From: Klebsormidium nitens | Lineage: Eukaryota; Plantae; Klebsormidiophyceae | Reading direction: 5' to 3' | Assembly: GCA_000708835.1 (NCBI GenBank) | Contig: DF237449.1 | Span: 1 to 64,000 of the forward strand | Length of the DNA: 64,000 nt | Shown here: piece by piece, positions 23,201 through 36,496 of the stretch | Layout of the letters: the number at the start of each line of letters is the position of its first letter | Position numbering within the stretch: position 1 is the stretch's first letter | Notes under the pieces: model-generated | The model's database searches: none | What the model was told of the DNA's origin: nothing | The model's input: only the letters and a program-made list of their open reading frames with translations | Position numbers and translations under genes: made by a program

Positions 23201-26200
23201 TGAACACGATCGCGTGGTTCTGGTTCTCGGGCTTGCCCTCGCCCAGCTTGGGCTGCCCAGGGAGCATGATGCGGTAGATCTCCTACGGGAAAAGGTGGGG
23301 AGACAGGTCAGCATTTAGTCCATTCAGCAGTGTAAGTGCTTTTCTGTACTTGAAAAAAATGACAAGTTACTATCAAAAAGGTGATACATCTTCTATACAC
23401 TTTTCAGTCCGGAGACTACAAAGCTGCAATACTCTACTCGTAGATGGCCTTCAATTGTGCAATGAAAAAGATTTGTAGATGATTGGAAGAGAGTTACGCG
23501 GGCAATCGCCTGCGGGGAGCGGTATGCAGCTACGTCTGCCAGCGCACCGTTCAACGGCGTTTCGGTCTATAAATGACTTGAGCGTGAATGAAAGGGGTTG
23601 CCGGAGTCGAGAGAATTTTGGCTCACGTCCAAGGTGCGAGTGGACGGCGCAGTTTCGTGATTGATGCAGCGCGGCAGCAACACTTTCATCAAATGGATGT
23701 CGAGGTCCTTGAACCGAAGCTTCGTCGAACAGATGGTCTCAGCTTCAAAAAGATCGGCGTTCTATAATCACTCCTCGAGCATTCTGAAAGATGGTTTCGA
23801 TTGCAGAGTGATATTCTCGACAGGTTGTTCAGACCCTGGAGCGGGAAGCTTGCTCACCTGCTCGAGCCCGTTCGCGTCAGCCTTCACCAGGACCGAGTAG
23901 TACTCCTTCCGCGTTTTGCCGTTCTCCTCGAGCTCCTTCTCGTCAATGTACGCAACGCGGAAGGCCTCGTTCCTGAGGTAAAGGATATGATATTGAGCTT
24001 GGAAGACCCGAATTGTGACGAACCTGAGCTTGATGAAACCCTTTTGGCTCACAGAGAACTAAGGCTGCCGCAAAAAGGTTGCCCGTGTTGATGAAACTGG
24101 TCCTTACACGCTGGTTGTAAGAAAGAAAGCAATTCAAGAAAAGCCCAATGACTGGAGCACTGGCTAAGAACTTGCAAACTTCGACGATTGGCGGCTCAGG
24201 TCTTTCCACAAAGGTCAATTTACGACTCGCCTAGAACCACGCAGGATCTTTCCTGAAGCGAAAACGGGGAAAAGACCACCGGCAGAATCTAGCCCCATAA
24301 AACGGTCTTTCTACATCTCTCAGGACAATCGGAGCGAGAACAGTGATTCCTCACTTCTTCATGAGCTCGAAGATGTCCACAGCCTCCTTCTGGTTCTTCC
24401 GCTTCTGCGTGCCGTAGATCTGGCAGGCCGCCACGTAGGTGAACTTCATGTCGGCGATTGCGTTGATCTGCGCCCACATGGAGCGCTGCACCTTCTTGTC
24501 CTCGTCGGACGCCTTTGTGACGGACAGGTACCCCTCCTCGATTTGCTGCGGGGTCGCCACGTCGAAGAAGGCCTGGAGCGCCAGCGCGCGCCGGTAGTAC
24601 ATCATACCGCGAACTGCGGGGAGGGAGCAAAATGGCCGTCATATTCCAGAAAATGGATGTTGACGGACAGTTCTGCTTCTGGAGGCGAATGCACCGGTGG
24701 TGAATCCTGCCGTGGACAGCGGGGAGTCAAGGGATTGGCAATGAAGTTCGGACATAGATGATATTTATAATACTGGGGGATAAGTCACGCGAACCTGCTG
24801 CGCACAAAGGTCGGGAACAGAGGAGGCAGTGAAAGCAAACCAGAAGAGCCAGCCTACACAGGATCTAACCGCAGTGATAAAGACGAACGATGCCATCGCT
24901 CCCAACTTCTCACACAAGATTGAAGGTGTACAAAGGAGACGGTTCCTGTTCGTTAAACGACTCGCAGAGAAACGAAAAACCCATTCCGCGCAAATCGGAT
25001 CTCAGGAATCGAGTGCAACGTCAGTGCGACAGATCGTTGTTTTCCGCACCTGTGCGCGCCAGCGTCTGCCCCTTGTACGAGGCCCACAGCCGGATCTCCT
25101 TCCCGTCGTCCTTGGCGAGCGCCTCCTCCTCGTTCTTGCACTCGATCCGCTCCAAGAAGTTGGCCCACTCGTCGGGGTAGATCTTCTGGAGGTAGAAGAG
25201 CGTCGAGATGCCGTCCTCGTTCTCCTCGTACAGCTCCTTCTTCGAGTAGGTCACGATCTCGCTGTAATAGGGCGTCATGACGCTGCACGAGAATAAGAGC
25301 AACTTATGCATCACTGAACGTATCCAAATCTTCCAGCCAAGCTCGGTTCAAACATGGATGAAACTGTCTCCTGTTAAATAACCGTGACCGACACCTGCTT
25401 CATGGCAGCTAACTGTTAAGGAGGACAGCAGATTTTTTTCAACGATTCCGCTCTTACCAACGCTTCGGGTCCCGATCTGATGCTTGACAGGAATAAACTG
25501 TAGGTAGCCAGTCGGTCAAGAGCAAAGCCGAGAGCTCTGTCGATTCGAACCGGACGTCAGACTGTCGCACCTACTGAACCAAAAGGTTCTTTTGCGGGGG
25601 GGACTCGTAAGCGACGACTTGACGAAAACCAACATCCGGGCCGCCTAATTGCGACGCCACAAACGCCTTTGAAACGCACCTGAAGGAGACCATGTGCTTG
25701 ACCTGCGGCGCCCGCGGCATGTTCATGAAGAGCGAGTTGGTGAAGAAAGAGATGCGGCGCCGCGCCTCAAGATTCGCAGGCACCTCCTGGGCGGCGTCCT
25801 TGATGGTGAGGAGCAGGTGGAAGCGCTTGATCTGCAGGTGGACCAAAAATAGTTACTTGAATTGGTCGAGGCCTGCTCAATGGCAAATTCAGGTGCGTGT
25901 CAGCCCGGGGTAAGCCAACAAAGTAATCTTAGGTCCCCTTTGGTACGGTGTAAATATGGACGACCCAGATGGACAATCAGTAACACGTAATTCCTCTACG
26001 CAATCTTTCAGGAAACAATGTGTAGACGACAAGTCGGAAGGCAAGGCAATGTCTCGACGACAAGTCGGAAAAGAAAATATCTGCAATTGCTCCGTCGCAA
26101 AAGCAACAGCCCAGCTTCTGTAGAAGTGGACACCGAATGACGGCAGACTTCTTCAGGTACGTTAAGCAATTGCTAGGCCTTTGACACCAAACACAACTGC

Positions 26201-29200
26201 TAAAGAAAAGCGGGAATCAACCTACCTGTTCCTCGAACACTGGGGTGAGCTGTGGCGGGTAGGCGACCGCGGGCTCCGGATGGAGGGTGGCAAACAGCTG
26301 GGAGGTCTTGCTCTTGGACAACGCACCACTGATCTCCAGTGCCTCTCTGCAACAGGGGAGAAAGAGTACGTCATTTCGCTGCCCTTCTTGCTGTCCTTCC
26401 GAGGATAATGTCAAGGCAATGATTTCAAAGAGCGCAGCCCTCTCAGCTGAGAATCTTAGCTGTCTGCAGAAAGCAGCAGGAGTCGTAAGCATCGCGCAAA
26501 GAATAAGGGCTCGTGCACCGAACGCGAGCAGCCTTGACAGCATTTGTGCACGTAGAACTTTTCACATCGTTGTCCACTCCCACCCCTTCGAGCACCAAAC
26601 TTTCGTATCAAGCTTGAGGATCCGAAACGAGCAAGCTCCTCACCTGGCTTGATCAGACAGCATATCGCGCGTGACCACCTCGAACATGTCCTGCAGCACT
26701 CGGATGACCTTGCTGCGCAGCGCGGGGTCTGCTTTCATCTGCAGAGTAAGTCCAGAACGTGTGCTTCCTGATCTCAGACAAGCTTCCGCTATAGATTGGT
26801 GTGTCGACGCTCATACCAAGAGAAAGACTGCGCCCACAAGCTGCAGGGAGGGCGGCGTTCTGCGAGCAGTGATGGCAGAGAGTTCCGAGATGAGAGAGGT
26901 TTAGTCAACGGGTAGTCTCAGAATGTTCACAAGGGAAACGAATCTTGGAAGAATGATGCAGCAGATGAAGATCTACCTGGCGGAATGCCAAACTCTTGCT
27001 TGGATGGACCTCTCTTGGTCTTTTCGGAAAAGGAGACAAGTTGAGAAACTGGTATTTGGCGACTAACCAGCAGCTCGACCAGCTCGACCACTTTCTCGTG
27101 GAACTTGGGCAGCTTCTCCAGCCGGAAGGTCGAGACAAAGCCCTGCATCATGGTGCGCTCTGCCTCCTCGAAGAGAGCCGCAATGACCCTGTTAGAATAA
27201 GGAGCGGGTCAGCAACCCTAACAATACGTCCGTGGATTTACGGATGTAGAGGTCCTGGAATCCCAGCGCAATCTGGGAACAGAATATTGTTCATCGGTTT
27301 TGGATTCATAAGCAATCGCGCGGCTTCACCAAAAGCCAAACAAGACACCTTTGCAAGGGACGAAGCATGCAAGAAGACGTAAGCAATTCATTTTGCAGCG
27401 CTTCCTAACCAAGGATTCATTAACGACCATCTTGGAATAATCCCCATGCAGCATGTCTGTCCGTCTCACCCAACACAAGGAGAAGAAGATTCCTGTAAAA
27501 CGCTGCAACATAGACAATTATAAGGGGACTGTTACTTTGTACTGCGACGAGTCCGGGGCGTTCGATTGCCACTCAATGTAGAAGACGGGTAAGAGCACCC
27601 ACCACTTCTCCTGGGAGCCCACGATGAGGTCGTCGAAGAGGAACTTCAGGCTCGCATAGCACTCCTCCACCGCGCAGCGCATGTACTCGTCCGCTTTGAT
27701 CTTGCGCCACAGCTCCGCATCGCTGCCGCTGTGCTCTGCAGCGGTCTTCACGGCCTTGTAGATCTGCAGGTAGAGGTAACATGGTATCAAGAGCCACGTA
27801 AAGCGCTCCACTCGAAATATATCCTTCGGGGCTGGCATTGAGAGTAGATAGCAAGCTCCGGCCTCCTCTCGTACTATTTCCGAAGTCCGTAGGATCCTCG
27901 TCAACCATCTTCGCAACAAAACTCTCCACGCACACTGCGTCCGTCATCCTAAACTTGGTTATCAGCCTTTTCAGAGGCTGAAGCCTGGTCCAAACGACCT
28001 TGCGAGCGATAAGACCTTGGAATTGGAGAAATTCCGACTCGCGAAGCGGGATCCACTAACCAACCATAGAAAAGTTGAGGGGGTTATAGTGTAGTACCTT
28101 CGATGCGAGGAGGAAAGGTGGCCACTGAACCACCTCGGAGCCGAGCTCGATGGCCGAGTACGGGACAAGCATCAGGTCGAATTCCCTGCATAGACAGCGG
28201 AGCAGATATCAGCAAACGTCATCTGCCAAGACACAGGAGGCTTCCATTTCACCACCACTACACGAAGGCAAAGAAAACCCTTCAGAAATATGTGTCTTGA
28301 GCCGGGACCCGAAATGAAGCAATGTTTTTGCACGCAGTTCTGCTTCTCAAAGGCTTGAGCGCCTCACCTGTTGCTGATCAGGTCCTCCTCGCGGAAGCTC
28401 GTGATCACCTCGTTCCAGAGCTGTGCAAACTTGGTCGCCTGCTCCTTGGTGTCGATCTGATACGGAAATAAAATTCGTCAGGGGGAGTTTCGTGAACGAG
28501 CCGAGCCGAAATGCTTTCAGCGTTATACCGCAACCTTGACCTCTTTCCCGGTTCTAGAGCGGACCAAAGAGCCATCTGAAGAGTCGTAACTCCAATGCCA
28601 AAGAATCGGAGCGTTCACGAGCATCAGTCATACCTGAGCGAAAGAGTTAAGACATCCACGACCCGACAGAAATCCAGCTCTGAACCACAGGACAGCGGTG
28701 ACTCTTTGCAGCTTACCTTTCTGAACGACCTCGCCAAAGCGAACCTCCGGGGCGCCGCGACTGGGGCAGGGATGAGGTTGTCGTTAAACGCCCCGGGCAG
28801 GGAGCGGAAGCGGGACCGCAGCATGCCCAGCGTACGGATCTGCACAATGAAGCTGCTTTCGTGAAGCTGCTTTCGTCAGGCCAAATGAAAGTTTGTGAAC
28901 GGAATTAGGTGGCAATTGATATCCCGCCTGTTGAGTGAACTGAGTGTTCGTGAGCTGAATCAAGTGTGAAACGCTGCCATGACCGCGTTGCAGCTAGATA
29001 CAGCTTCAAGACCCATCCCAAAGAAGTGCGGGAAATTTCTCGCAAATGAGATACCATCGACAGTGCGTTAGGAGAGGTGGATGAATACAGGTCGCTTACC
29101 TCTCCTAGCCGCTGGAAGGCGCCGTATGTCCCGCCCACAATGGTCGAGAAGATGGCGTACCAGATCTGCGTGTCTAGGAAGTAGACTATGATCACAGGCG

Positions 29201-32200
29201 CCCAGATGGCCACAATGGCCCCAGCGTTATGATTGCCTGCGGGGAAACGCAAAATAGATCAGAAGAGACAGAAAAGCGGAGCCAAGCTGTCCACCTTCAA
29301 TCGCGTGCGGGGCTTGGCACTAGACGAGAGTAGGCCGACTCGGATCAGCGGATCTCGCAGGTCGCTTCTTGCAGGGAGAATGCAGGCACAGAGCGACGAC
29401 GGCTTACATCCTGGACAGATTTCCGCCCACTGGTAGTACAGCTTTGTGTTGCTCGCGATGGCCCGCGTAGGCGTTACCAACGGCTTGATCTGCACCACAA
29501 TCAAAAGATCAGTGATTTTCAAGAACCTTGGCAAGGCTGCCAAAAACTCGCCATAAACGTTCAGGTTCTGGAGCATGTGCTCCAACCGTGAACCACAACC
29601 AGGGGGAACTGAGCCCTCACAAATGAACGAAGATCGACAGTATCGCTTTGTAATGGCCTGACGATCAGATCAAGAAGCTGTTCAAAGGCAGGTGCTGCCC
29701 GCAGGCAATGGCTAAGGACGTACCTGTAGGTTGTAGCTGAAGAGCGTCTTGCAGGTGAGTAGCGCGACCCAGAAGAGGCTGTACTTCGCGAGAGACCAGG
29801 TGCTCTCGTGCATGCCTCGGCCCACGTAGAGGCTCGTCTGTGAAGGGAATAAAAGATAAAATAAGCGGATGATGAGCGGAACTGAGAGTTATGATTATGA
29901 ACAATCGAGGGAGAAGTAGAGCGATAGAAGATGAGAAATGAGCTCACTCCTCGATTCCACTGCAGCAATGAGCAGAAGAGACGGTCAAGATACATGGCCG
30001 AACTTAGCCCTTCTCGCAGGCTATAACACGCACTTGCTCAGCCATCAAACTCTTTGGCATGTTCCAGAGCGAATAGACGTAGTACCTGCGACCACCAGAG
30101 ACTGAGACGGACGATCTTCCAGTTGGACATCTCCAGCTGGCGCTTGATGAGGGGGAAGCAGAAGAGAATCAGAGCGAGGGCGTTCGGCAGCAGGTAGATG
30201 GCACACACGGAAATGTACAGGGCCCGGCTGTTGAAATCCTGGAGGAGCAGGCCCTTCAGATCCTTGGCAAAGCCGCCTGCAGGAGACGAGCCGAAAGTCG
30301 CGTTTGTACTTACATCTCAAAATCGGATCGAACTCGTCGCAAATTGAGCTCGAGGCTGTCGTCAATGTCTACAGTGCAGCCGGATACACCTTCACGGGCG
30401 CAACCGTGGCACTAAAGTCTTGAAAATTTGCAGTGAGCGAGGAGGAACATCAACACGTGCTGTGAAGGAGCAGCTGAGACGGGACCTTATAGAGGGTATG
30501 GCGAACGTAAGATTGACTCCCACCTGGATTATCCCACATGTGCACGTAAAGGACGACGAACAGGATGAACCAGACCAAAGCCACCACCAGCTTGCTGAGG
30601 AGGCGAATCATAGTCGAGCCCTTCATCGTCCTGTAAAGCCCCAGGCTGAACCAGACATCCAGAACAGCTGCAATGGAGATCGAGAATCGAGTGTAAAAAT
30701 CACGTCACTTCACGTCAGCTATTGACTTGAGTTGATAGTCATACAGGTTTTGGTTGCGAAAAGCAGTAGAACGTTGCATTATCACCGGCGCGAAAGCTCG
30801 TAATGAACCAAAGAACACGCTGTGCATAATGTTTTTGCCACGAGTGAAGCGCTGCTAGGTTTCGACTGGCCCACCTTGGAGGAGGCGGAGGATGGAAGCC
30901 GTGATGAAGACGCTGATGATCTTCTTGAACTCGTCCATGTCCGTGAAGAAGCTGTACCACTTCGGGCTGTAGGCGATGATGATCAGAGCCTGCATGCGAG
31001 GAGTCGTCAGCGTTTGCCAAGGCTCTTTGTCAGAGCTGATCTCCGCTCCCCGCCATAAATCTAAGCAGTTGACCTTTCTCAGCGAGGTCGGACGAGGCAC
31101 TAGAATTCTGCAAATATACGTTAGCAGCGGTTTTTCATTCAATGAACTTTTAACGTCGCTTTCGATCGACTACAGGGTAATGCTTAAAGCGACGGCTTCC
31201 TAAAGAGCATGAAAGGCTTCGTATACAGCAGTGAGACTGCTCCTCAGAACGATACCTGCAAGAGCAGGATGAAGAAGGTCCACATCCGGTCCCAGCTGCG
31301 CCAGAGGTGCCAGAAGGAGCGGTACTCCACGAAGAACGCCTTGCGCTCCCTCTGCTTCCCCTTGGGCACCACCTGCTTGACCGCGGCGCCGCGGCCCTTG
31401 AGCGGCTCCGGAGCGACGAAGAAGTTGGAGTCCAGCTTGAGGGGCCAGCCGAGGGTGAAGCACCTCTCCTTCCTGTTGCAGACGAGAAGAAGCTCAAAGT
31501 CCAGCTTGAGGGTCCAGCCGTGTACGAAGCACTTCTCCTTTCTCTTGCTAACAAAGACAAGAATGAAGATCAAGGGGACCCTGGCTTTGTCTGTTCTGTG
31601 GCAGGAGTGACAGAAGTATGTGCGCTGTCCATTACAGCTTCGAGAATGGATTCGGAACGGCCAATTGTTTCTGCGACTCGGACTTCGACATAAGTGCAGG
31701 CTGATTGCTTTTAGCTTCGTGCGAATCTCTTCTTCTGGGAAAGACTACAACCAAGTATGAAGGCCGGCATGTTGAAGAGTCATATGGCTTCGTTCAACCA
31801 CATGCTTTGGCCCAAGCAACGTTGCCCATGGATTGAACTTGAGCGCTGCAACCTTCGAAGAAGCGAAGCTATATCAATGGAGACCAATTCAAGCGACGGA
31901 GTACTTGCCAGAAGAACTCGTTGATGTCATCGTAGTTGCGCCAATTCTCGTGAGGCGCTTTGCCACCGCCGTTGTTCTCGGACTCCTGCGGATGTTTTCG
32001 CAAAGTTAAGGTAACACACCCTTCACAAGAGCACGAAGTTCAATCTGAGCGGTCTGCGCAGACTGGCAATCAGAGTTGCACTAACCATTCGCATCTGGGG
32101 GGCGGTGCAGAGCACCTGTCCGAAGGTACATTGCTTTTTCGCTCCGTCCTAAGCAGTAAATAAGCATATCAAGACCATTTTGCAGGCCTTGCAAAGTTGT

Positions 32201-35200
32201 ATGAAGGCACCCACCTTTCGGATAACCTCGTAGATCGGGATCACCACGTTCATCAAGAAGGCCTTGTCGCTGCCCCCAAAGCCTGGACCAGGATACTCTG
32301 GCCGCACATTCTGGCCTGTAGCAAGGCTGACGTTGCCTCCCAGCATCCCAATGACTTCCCAGGCCATCTGCATGAGCAGAAACGAATGACTCGATGCTGA
32401 AGATGTGCTCGTGTTTTTAACGGAAGAAGAACTCAGAAGCTGGCAGCATGCACCCCTGCAAATGAAGAGCATCAAAGCAAGGTTGTCGTATATCAACAAC
32501 TGCAGCTCATCAGCGGACCCCTACAGAAGCAACGCTGTATTCGAAGGATCTGAAAACGAGCAACTAAGGTTGCGTATTCACATTGTGGAAGATGTAGGCG
32601 AGGCACTCGGGCATGAAACGGAGGTTGCCAGCCTCTCCCCAGATGAGAAGGAACAGGGCAGTGTAGAGAATCTGCCTCTGGGGGACCTCTTCAGGGGCGT
32701 TGGGCAAGCTGTAACAGCAACAAAAAGATGTAAGTGTTGCGAAATTGATACAAAGATGCGGACATACTTAGACGCTTCTGTGTTGACAATACATCGCAGC
32801 TTAGAATATGTTTCCTGCCTAGGTTTCAAACACTAACGCTGAGTCGCTGATCAGAAGACCGCAAGAAACCTACGTCAGGTTCTTCTTCCGGTGGAGGAAC
32901 TTGCACCACTGCTTGTAGTTCTTGGACACCTTGTTCATGACCTCTTTGATTGCGCGTCCATCCAGCTGCACACAAAACGATAAGAACGTTGTAGAGCTGC
33001 CAACGACGAACTGCAAGTGAAGCGCGAGGGAGGCAGCCAGCAATCCACCAGCGAGGCTAATCAGAATGATTCTAGAAGAGAGCGGCAAGGTAGGAATGCA
33101 GGGTGCAACCATCTGAAGCAGTCCATTAGTAGAGCAGACTTGCAGAAGTCCGAAAACCTTGGAGACGAAAAATAGGACACACTCACAGGCCCACTTGGAT
33201 CTGGAGGAGGTTTCCGCAGTCTCGCATGCGTATTGGCCAACAAAAGAATCAGGTGCTCGCGCTGGTTTCGAACATTGTCTTTCTGCAGGTTTGAAGAGAG
33301 AAGCAGTGATGTCAGAGTGCTTTCTTGCAGAGGACATCAGTGGAGCCGACCTGCCTTAATGGAGCAGCTAAGGATGCAGAAAACTGCCGAGGTTTATGAA
33401 GAGCCACCTGGAAGACAATCAAGTAGAGCAGTCTCAAATCATGGATGCAGAAGCAATTGATTCTTTTGGGTACCAACCTGAAAGCCGAAGGTCAACTCGA
33501 GCCAGTCGAGGATGTCCCAATCTGGTGCCTGGCGGTTGGCACGGCGGGCACCAGAAGGTGCAGGCAAACCGCCAATCTGCTTCAGGGCATCCACTGCAAC
33601 CCGTATCTGTGCAAAAACGGAGGTCAACCGTTGTAAGTCTTATGTTCTGTTACGCAGAGCGTCACTTGGATCCAAATCCTCACGGGCTGCTTTTACCCTT
33701 CCATGTAGAGCACAACAATACCGCGCCACACTTGGGAATCTAACCAGCCTTTGCGTATCTGTCTCCAAGTTGCAAAAAGCACGTTCCCCCTACCTCAGGC
33801 AGTTGCATGAGAGCAAGGGACGCCCCTGCTGCATCCAGGGGCAGGATGTTGTACGGGATGATTTCGGCAGCCTTTTCTTGCAACTTCTGGCCAGCCTCGA
33901 GGTCTTCAGGAGCCACCCTCTCCTCTGGCTTAGCCTTCCTGTCCAACGCACACAGCACCTCGAAGAGGACACTTGTAGTATGGTATGCCTGTGCCAAAGC
34001 TGCCCTGCAATGACACAACAAGAGAAAAATGTCAGGAAACCAGCAGCCACTTTGCTGCAGAAAGGGCCTTGACTCTGCATGAGCTAAGGACTCTAGTATC
34101 CTCAAATGGCCTGTAGAGACAAAAAAGCAAAGAGTCGATTGAATGGAGTCATCGTTCTGATCCCCGTCCCTTTCACCAAAATGGCCTCCCAAGGACAAAA
34201 AGTAGGAAAAGCAGAACCAGGCGGAAAAATGGTTACCTATGGTTTCATTTCACAACCGACCGTTTACCGGTACGGGTAAACAAGTTTGTGGTAATTAGGG
34301 CTTTTGAGTGCTAGAAGCAGCCCTATGAAAGTTTCAGAGCGTTAAACAACAACCCAACCTAAGGTTATGAGATAGACCTGCTATGTTCCGCATAACAGGT
34401 TCTCACTTAGGCTACTTACCTATCGGCATATTCATCGTCCAGGGCTTTGAGATAGCTGTCATAGCATTCCTTGTAAAAGCTCTGGATCTCTCGAAGGTCT
34501 GTGCTTCGCACGCGGGCCTTAAGCGACGGGCCATTTTCCTGCAGATTGCCAAACAGCAATCAAGCCAGTGTTAGACAATCGAGCTGCTGCATAACCACAT
34601 TCACACCTCTCGCTGCAAGAGACCTTCTAAGAGGGAAGTCATTCCTCAAAGTAGTAAACATTCAGTAGATGTGGCAAAGTACAGAACCCGGGACAACTTG
34701 AGTGCAGTGCTTTGACGATCCCGCACGTTCAAAGAGCTTTTGGGAGGACAGCGAGTGGTGCAGAAAAAGGCCATGTGACTGACCACCTCGAGCCTCTCTA
34801 AGAGGGCAGTCTTGAACTGCCTGACTCCTCTCCCACTTGAAGTCCTGTCCAGCTCATGTGCAGCTTCAAAGGCGTGGAAGCGGCCTGCAGTCACCCAAGT
34901 GAGACATGAGACCCTCATTGAGCTCTTTCAAACAGAAGACTTGCTTCCGTAGATATCTAATAAGGACCAAAAGCTTCAGAAAACCTCTGGGACACAAACA
35001 TCTGTTCTGCAGTACTCAATCACACTTCGCTGGCAGGCAGCATCAAAAAGTCGCCTTTATATAAAGGAACTCACAAAGGTATGCCACCCGAGGACGGGCA
35101 GACTCAATCTCTTCTGCGGCCACCAGAAACCTCTCAATCCCTGCCAACGCCGGTGGCACCTGTCCCTCAGGGTTCCCCCATGTTTGAGGGGGGCGCGAAA

Positions 35201-35225
35201 TGCTTGACACAACAGAAGTCGCCAT
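17293..35225 (-). CDS. CALS: Callose synthase (1,3-beta-glucan synthase, GT48), 38 coding exons, ~1910 aa
   Basis: Exons in transcript order: 35075-35225, 34787-34884, 34420-34538, 33794-34004, 33478-33606, 33187-33282, 32874-32965, 32582-32708, 32215-32367, 31909-31985, 31256-31472, 30875-30989, 30524-30667, 30086-30276, 29724-29837, 29408-29489, 29100-29236, 28717-28839, 28368-28456, 28098-28185, 27603-27763, 27068-27188, 26644-26738, 26226-26346, 25680-25831, 25050-25282, 24355-24613, 23858-23972, 23047-23282, 22581-22664, 22183-22295, 21584-21813, 20988-21194, 20396-20598, 19965-20123, 18756-18984, 18076-18312, 17293-17517. Sum 5733 nt with all phases consistent. Hallmark motifs: [111 protein letters not shown]. 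Confidence 0.98.
18930..19474 (-). repeat. Five-copy tandem array (~111-130 bp period) of branch point + 3' splice site + first ~55 nt of CalS exon 36
   Basis: Acceptor-equivalent exon starts at 18984 (used), 19095, 19209 and 19321, plus a degenerate copy near 19455. Each unit reads CTGACACGTGTCA...TACAG|GACGGTGGAGGAC...GGCCACAAGGG on the minus strand. Confidence 0.95.
31429..31545 (-). repeat. 69-bp tandem echo of the start of CalS exon 11
   Basis: Intron-side [14 protein letters not shown] versus exonic [14 protein letters not shown]; AGTCCAGCTTGAGGG at 31429 and 31498. Confidence 0.85.
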
Positions 35226-35234
35226 GCTGACCGC

Positions 35235-35401
35235 CTGCAAAGATGACCGCACATACCCAATTGAGAATACCAAATTAGGGCATCTTTCAGGGGTCTTTCG
35301 AGAGATGTCAAATCAAGCAATGAGCTTCGCCAGAACAAGGCAACTTGAATTTTGCAAGGTCACAAAATCTAAAACCATTATGGACTACCAATGAAGCTCA
35401 C
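35235..35401 (-). other. Probable 5'UTR intron of CalS
   Basis: Minus-strand donor GAAG|GTGAGC at 35401 and acceptor TTTGCAG| ending at 35235, 9 nt before the ATG at 35225. Confidence 0.55.
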
Positions 35402-36271
35402 CTTCTCTCAAAGTCCACTAGCACCTGGACCACGCCCAGATGTCGGCTTTTGCCACTGAACCTTTCTGATTAGTCTTCTGAGCAGATTAGGGGGATCTCT
35501 CTGGTTGGCAATTTCCCCCTCCGGTTGGCCAGGCAAAAGCTGATTCCTCATGCAGCAAATCAAACAAGAGCAGCTCCTGAGTCCTAAATTGACCCGTCCT
35601 TTGAGGCAGAGTGACAATTCAAGCCAGCAGGGCCTACAGATAACGGCTGCCGTACTGCTTCGACAGCCATGATGCATTCGCGTTTGAGCGCCACCATCAA
35701 GTCGAACGCAGCTTCAATTTGCACCTGCTTCGCAACTTCCACGCCGGGGGAAAAGTTAGGGTTCCCTTGAAGTTGAGCACTCGTGACTCGTGCTCATGTG
35801 CAGTGACCAGTCGTGCGTAGTCAGCGAGTGATTCAACGTCGAAGAAGAAAGCCTCCTATCAGATCCGACAAGAACCAAGCAACAAGCCTGTGTGGTGAGC
35901 CTGAAGAGTCTGTCGGATCGAACGGGGAGTTCTCACGTCGGCCTTGACGAAAAGGGCGAGGGCAGTGTGGCCATTCTCGATGGACGAGTTTCGAGTTTCA
36001 AGTTTCAACTTGACTGCTATCCAGTATTCGCCGTTCGGGCTTACCTGGCCGTCCGCTCTTCTTGCCAACTGAACTGTTGACGGCCGAGAAGCGGCCATGC
36101 TCAAGTTTTAACTTATCTAGAATTTGGTTGGACGGTCAGACGTGTACGTGTTGTCCGAGATCCAGACTTGCCCGGCAGGCTCCGACTCTGAGTATAAAGA
36201 CTCGGCACAAGCTAGAGTCTGAGGCTGGATGCAAGCATGCTGGCTTGATGGAAAGGAATTGATGACTGTCA

Positions 36272-36496
36272 GAGCGGGGTCATGCAAGGAGAATCAGTAA
36301 TTTGGGGACCGGGACCGGGGAGCTGTTGGAAGGGCTGACGTGGCGAGGTTTAGGATTTTGACCCTGGGCTTTAAGATCAATGATTGGTCAAAAGAAGGCC
36401 TAGCCCAGGGGTTTGCCCCTCAACCCCGCCACGTCAGCCCTTCCTACAGCTCCCCGGCCCTGGTCCTCAAATTACTGATTCTCCTTGACCCCGCTC
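36272..36496. mobile_element. MITE-like foldback element (225 bp), ~80-bp imperfect TIRs, 5-bp TSD TGTCA
   Basis: Left arm GAGCGGGGTC(ATGC)AAGGAGAATCAGTAATTTGGGGACC...GGGCTGACGTGGCG pairs with right arm CGCCACGTCAGCCC...AAATTACTGATTCTCCTTGACCCCGCTC. TGTCA flanks both ends (36267-71, 36497-501). Confidence 0.85.

Noticed and set aside
23990-24220. Faint resemblance of intron text ([10 protein letters not shown]) to the exon 28 start ([10 protein letters not shown])
   Set aside because: Nucleotide identity is too low to distinguish from chance by eye.
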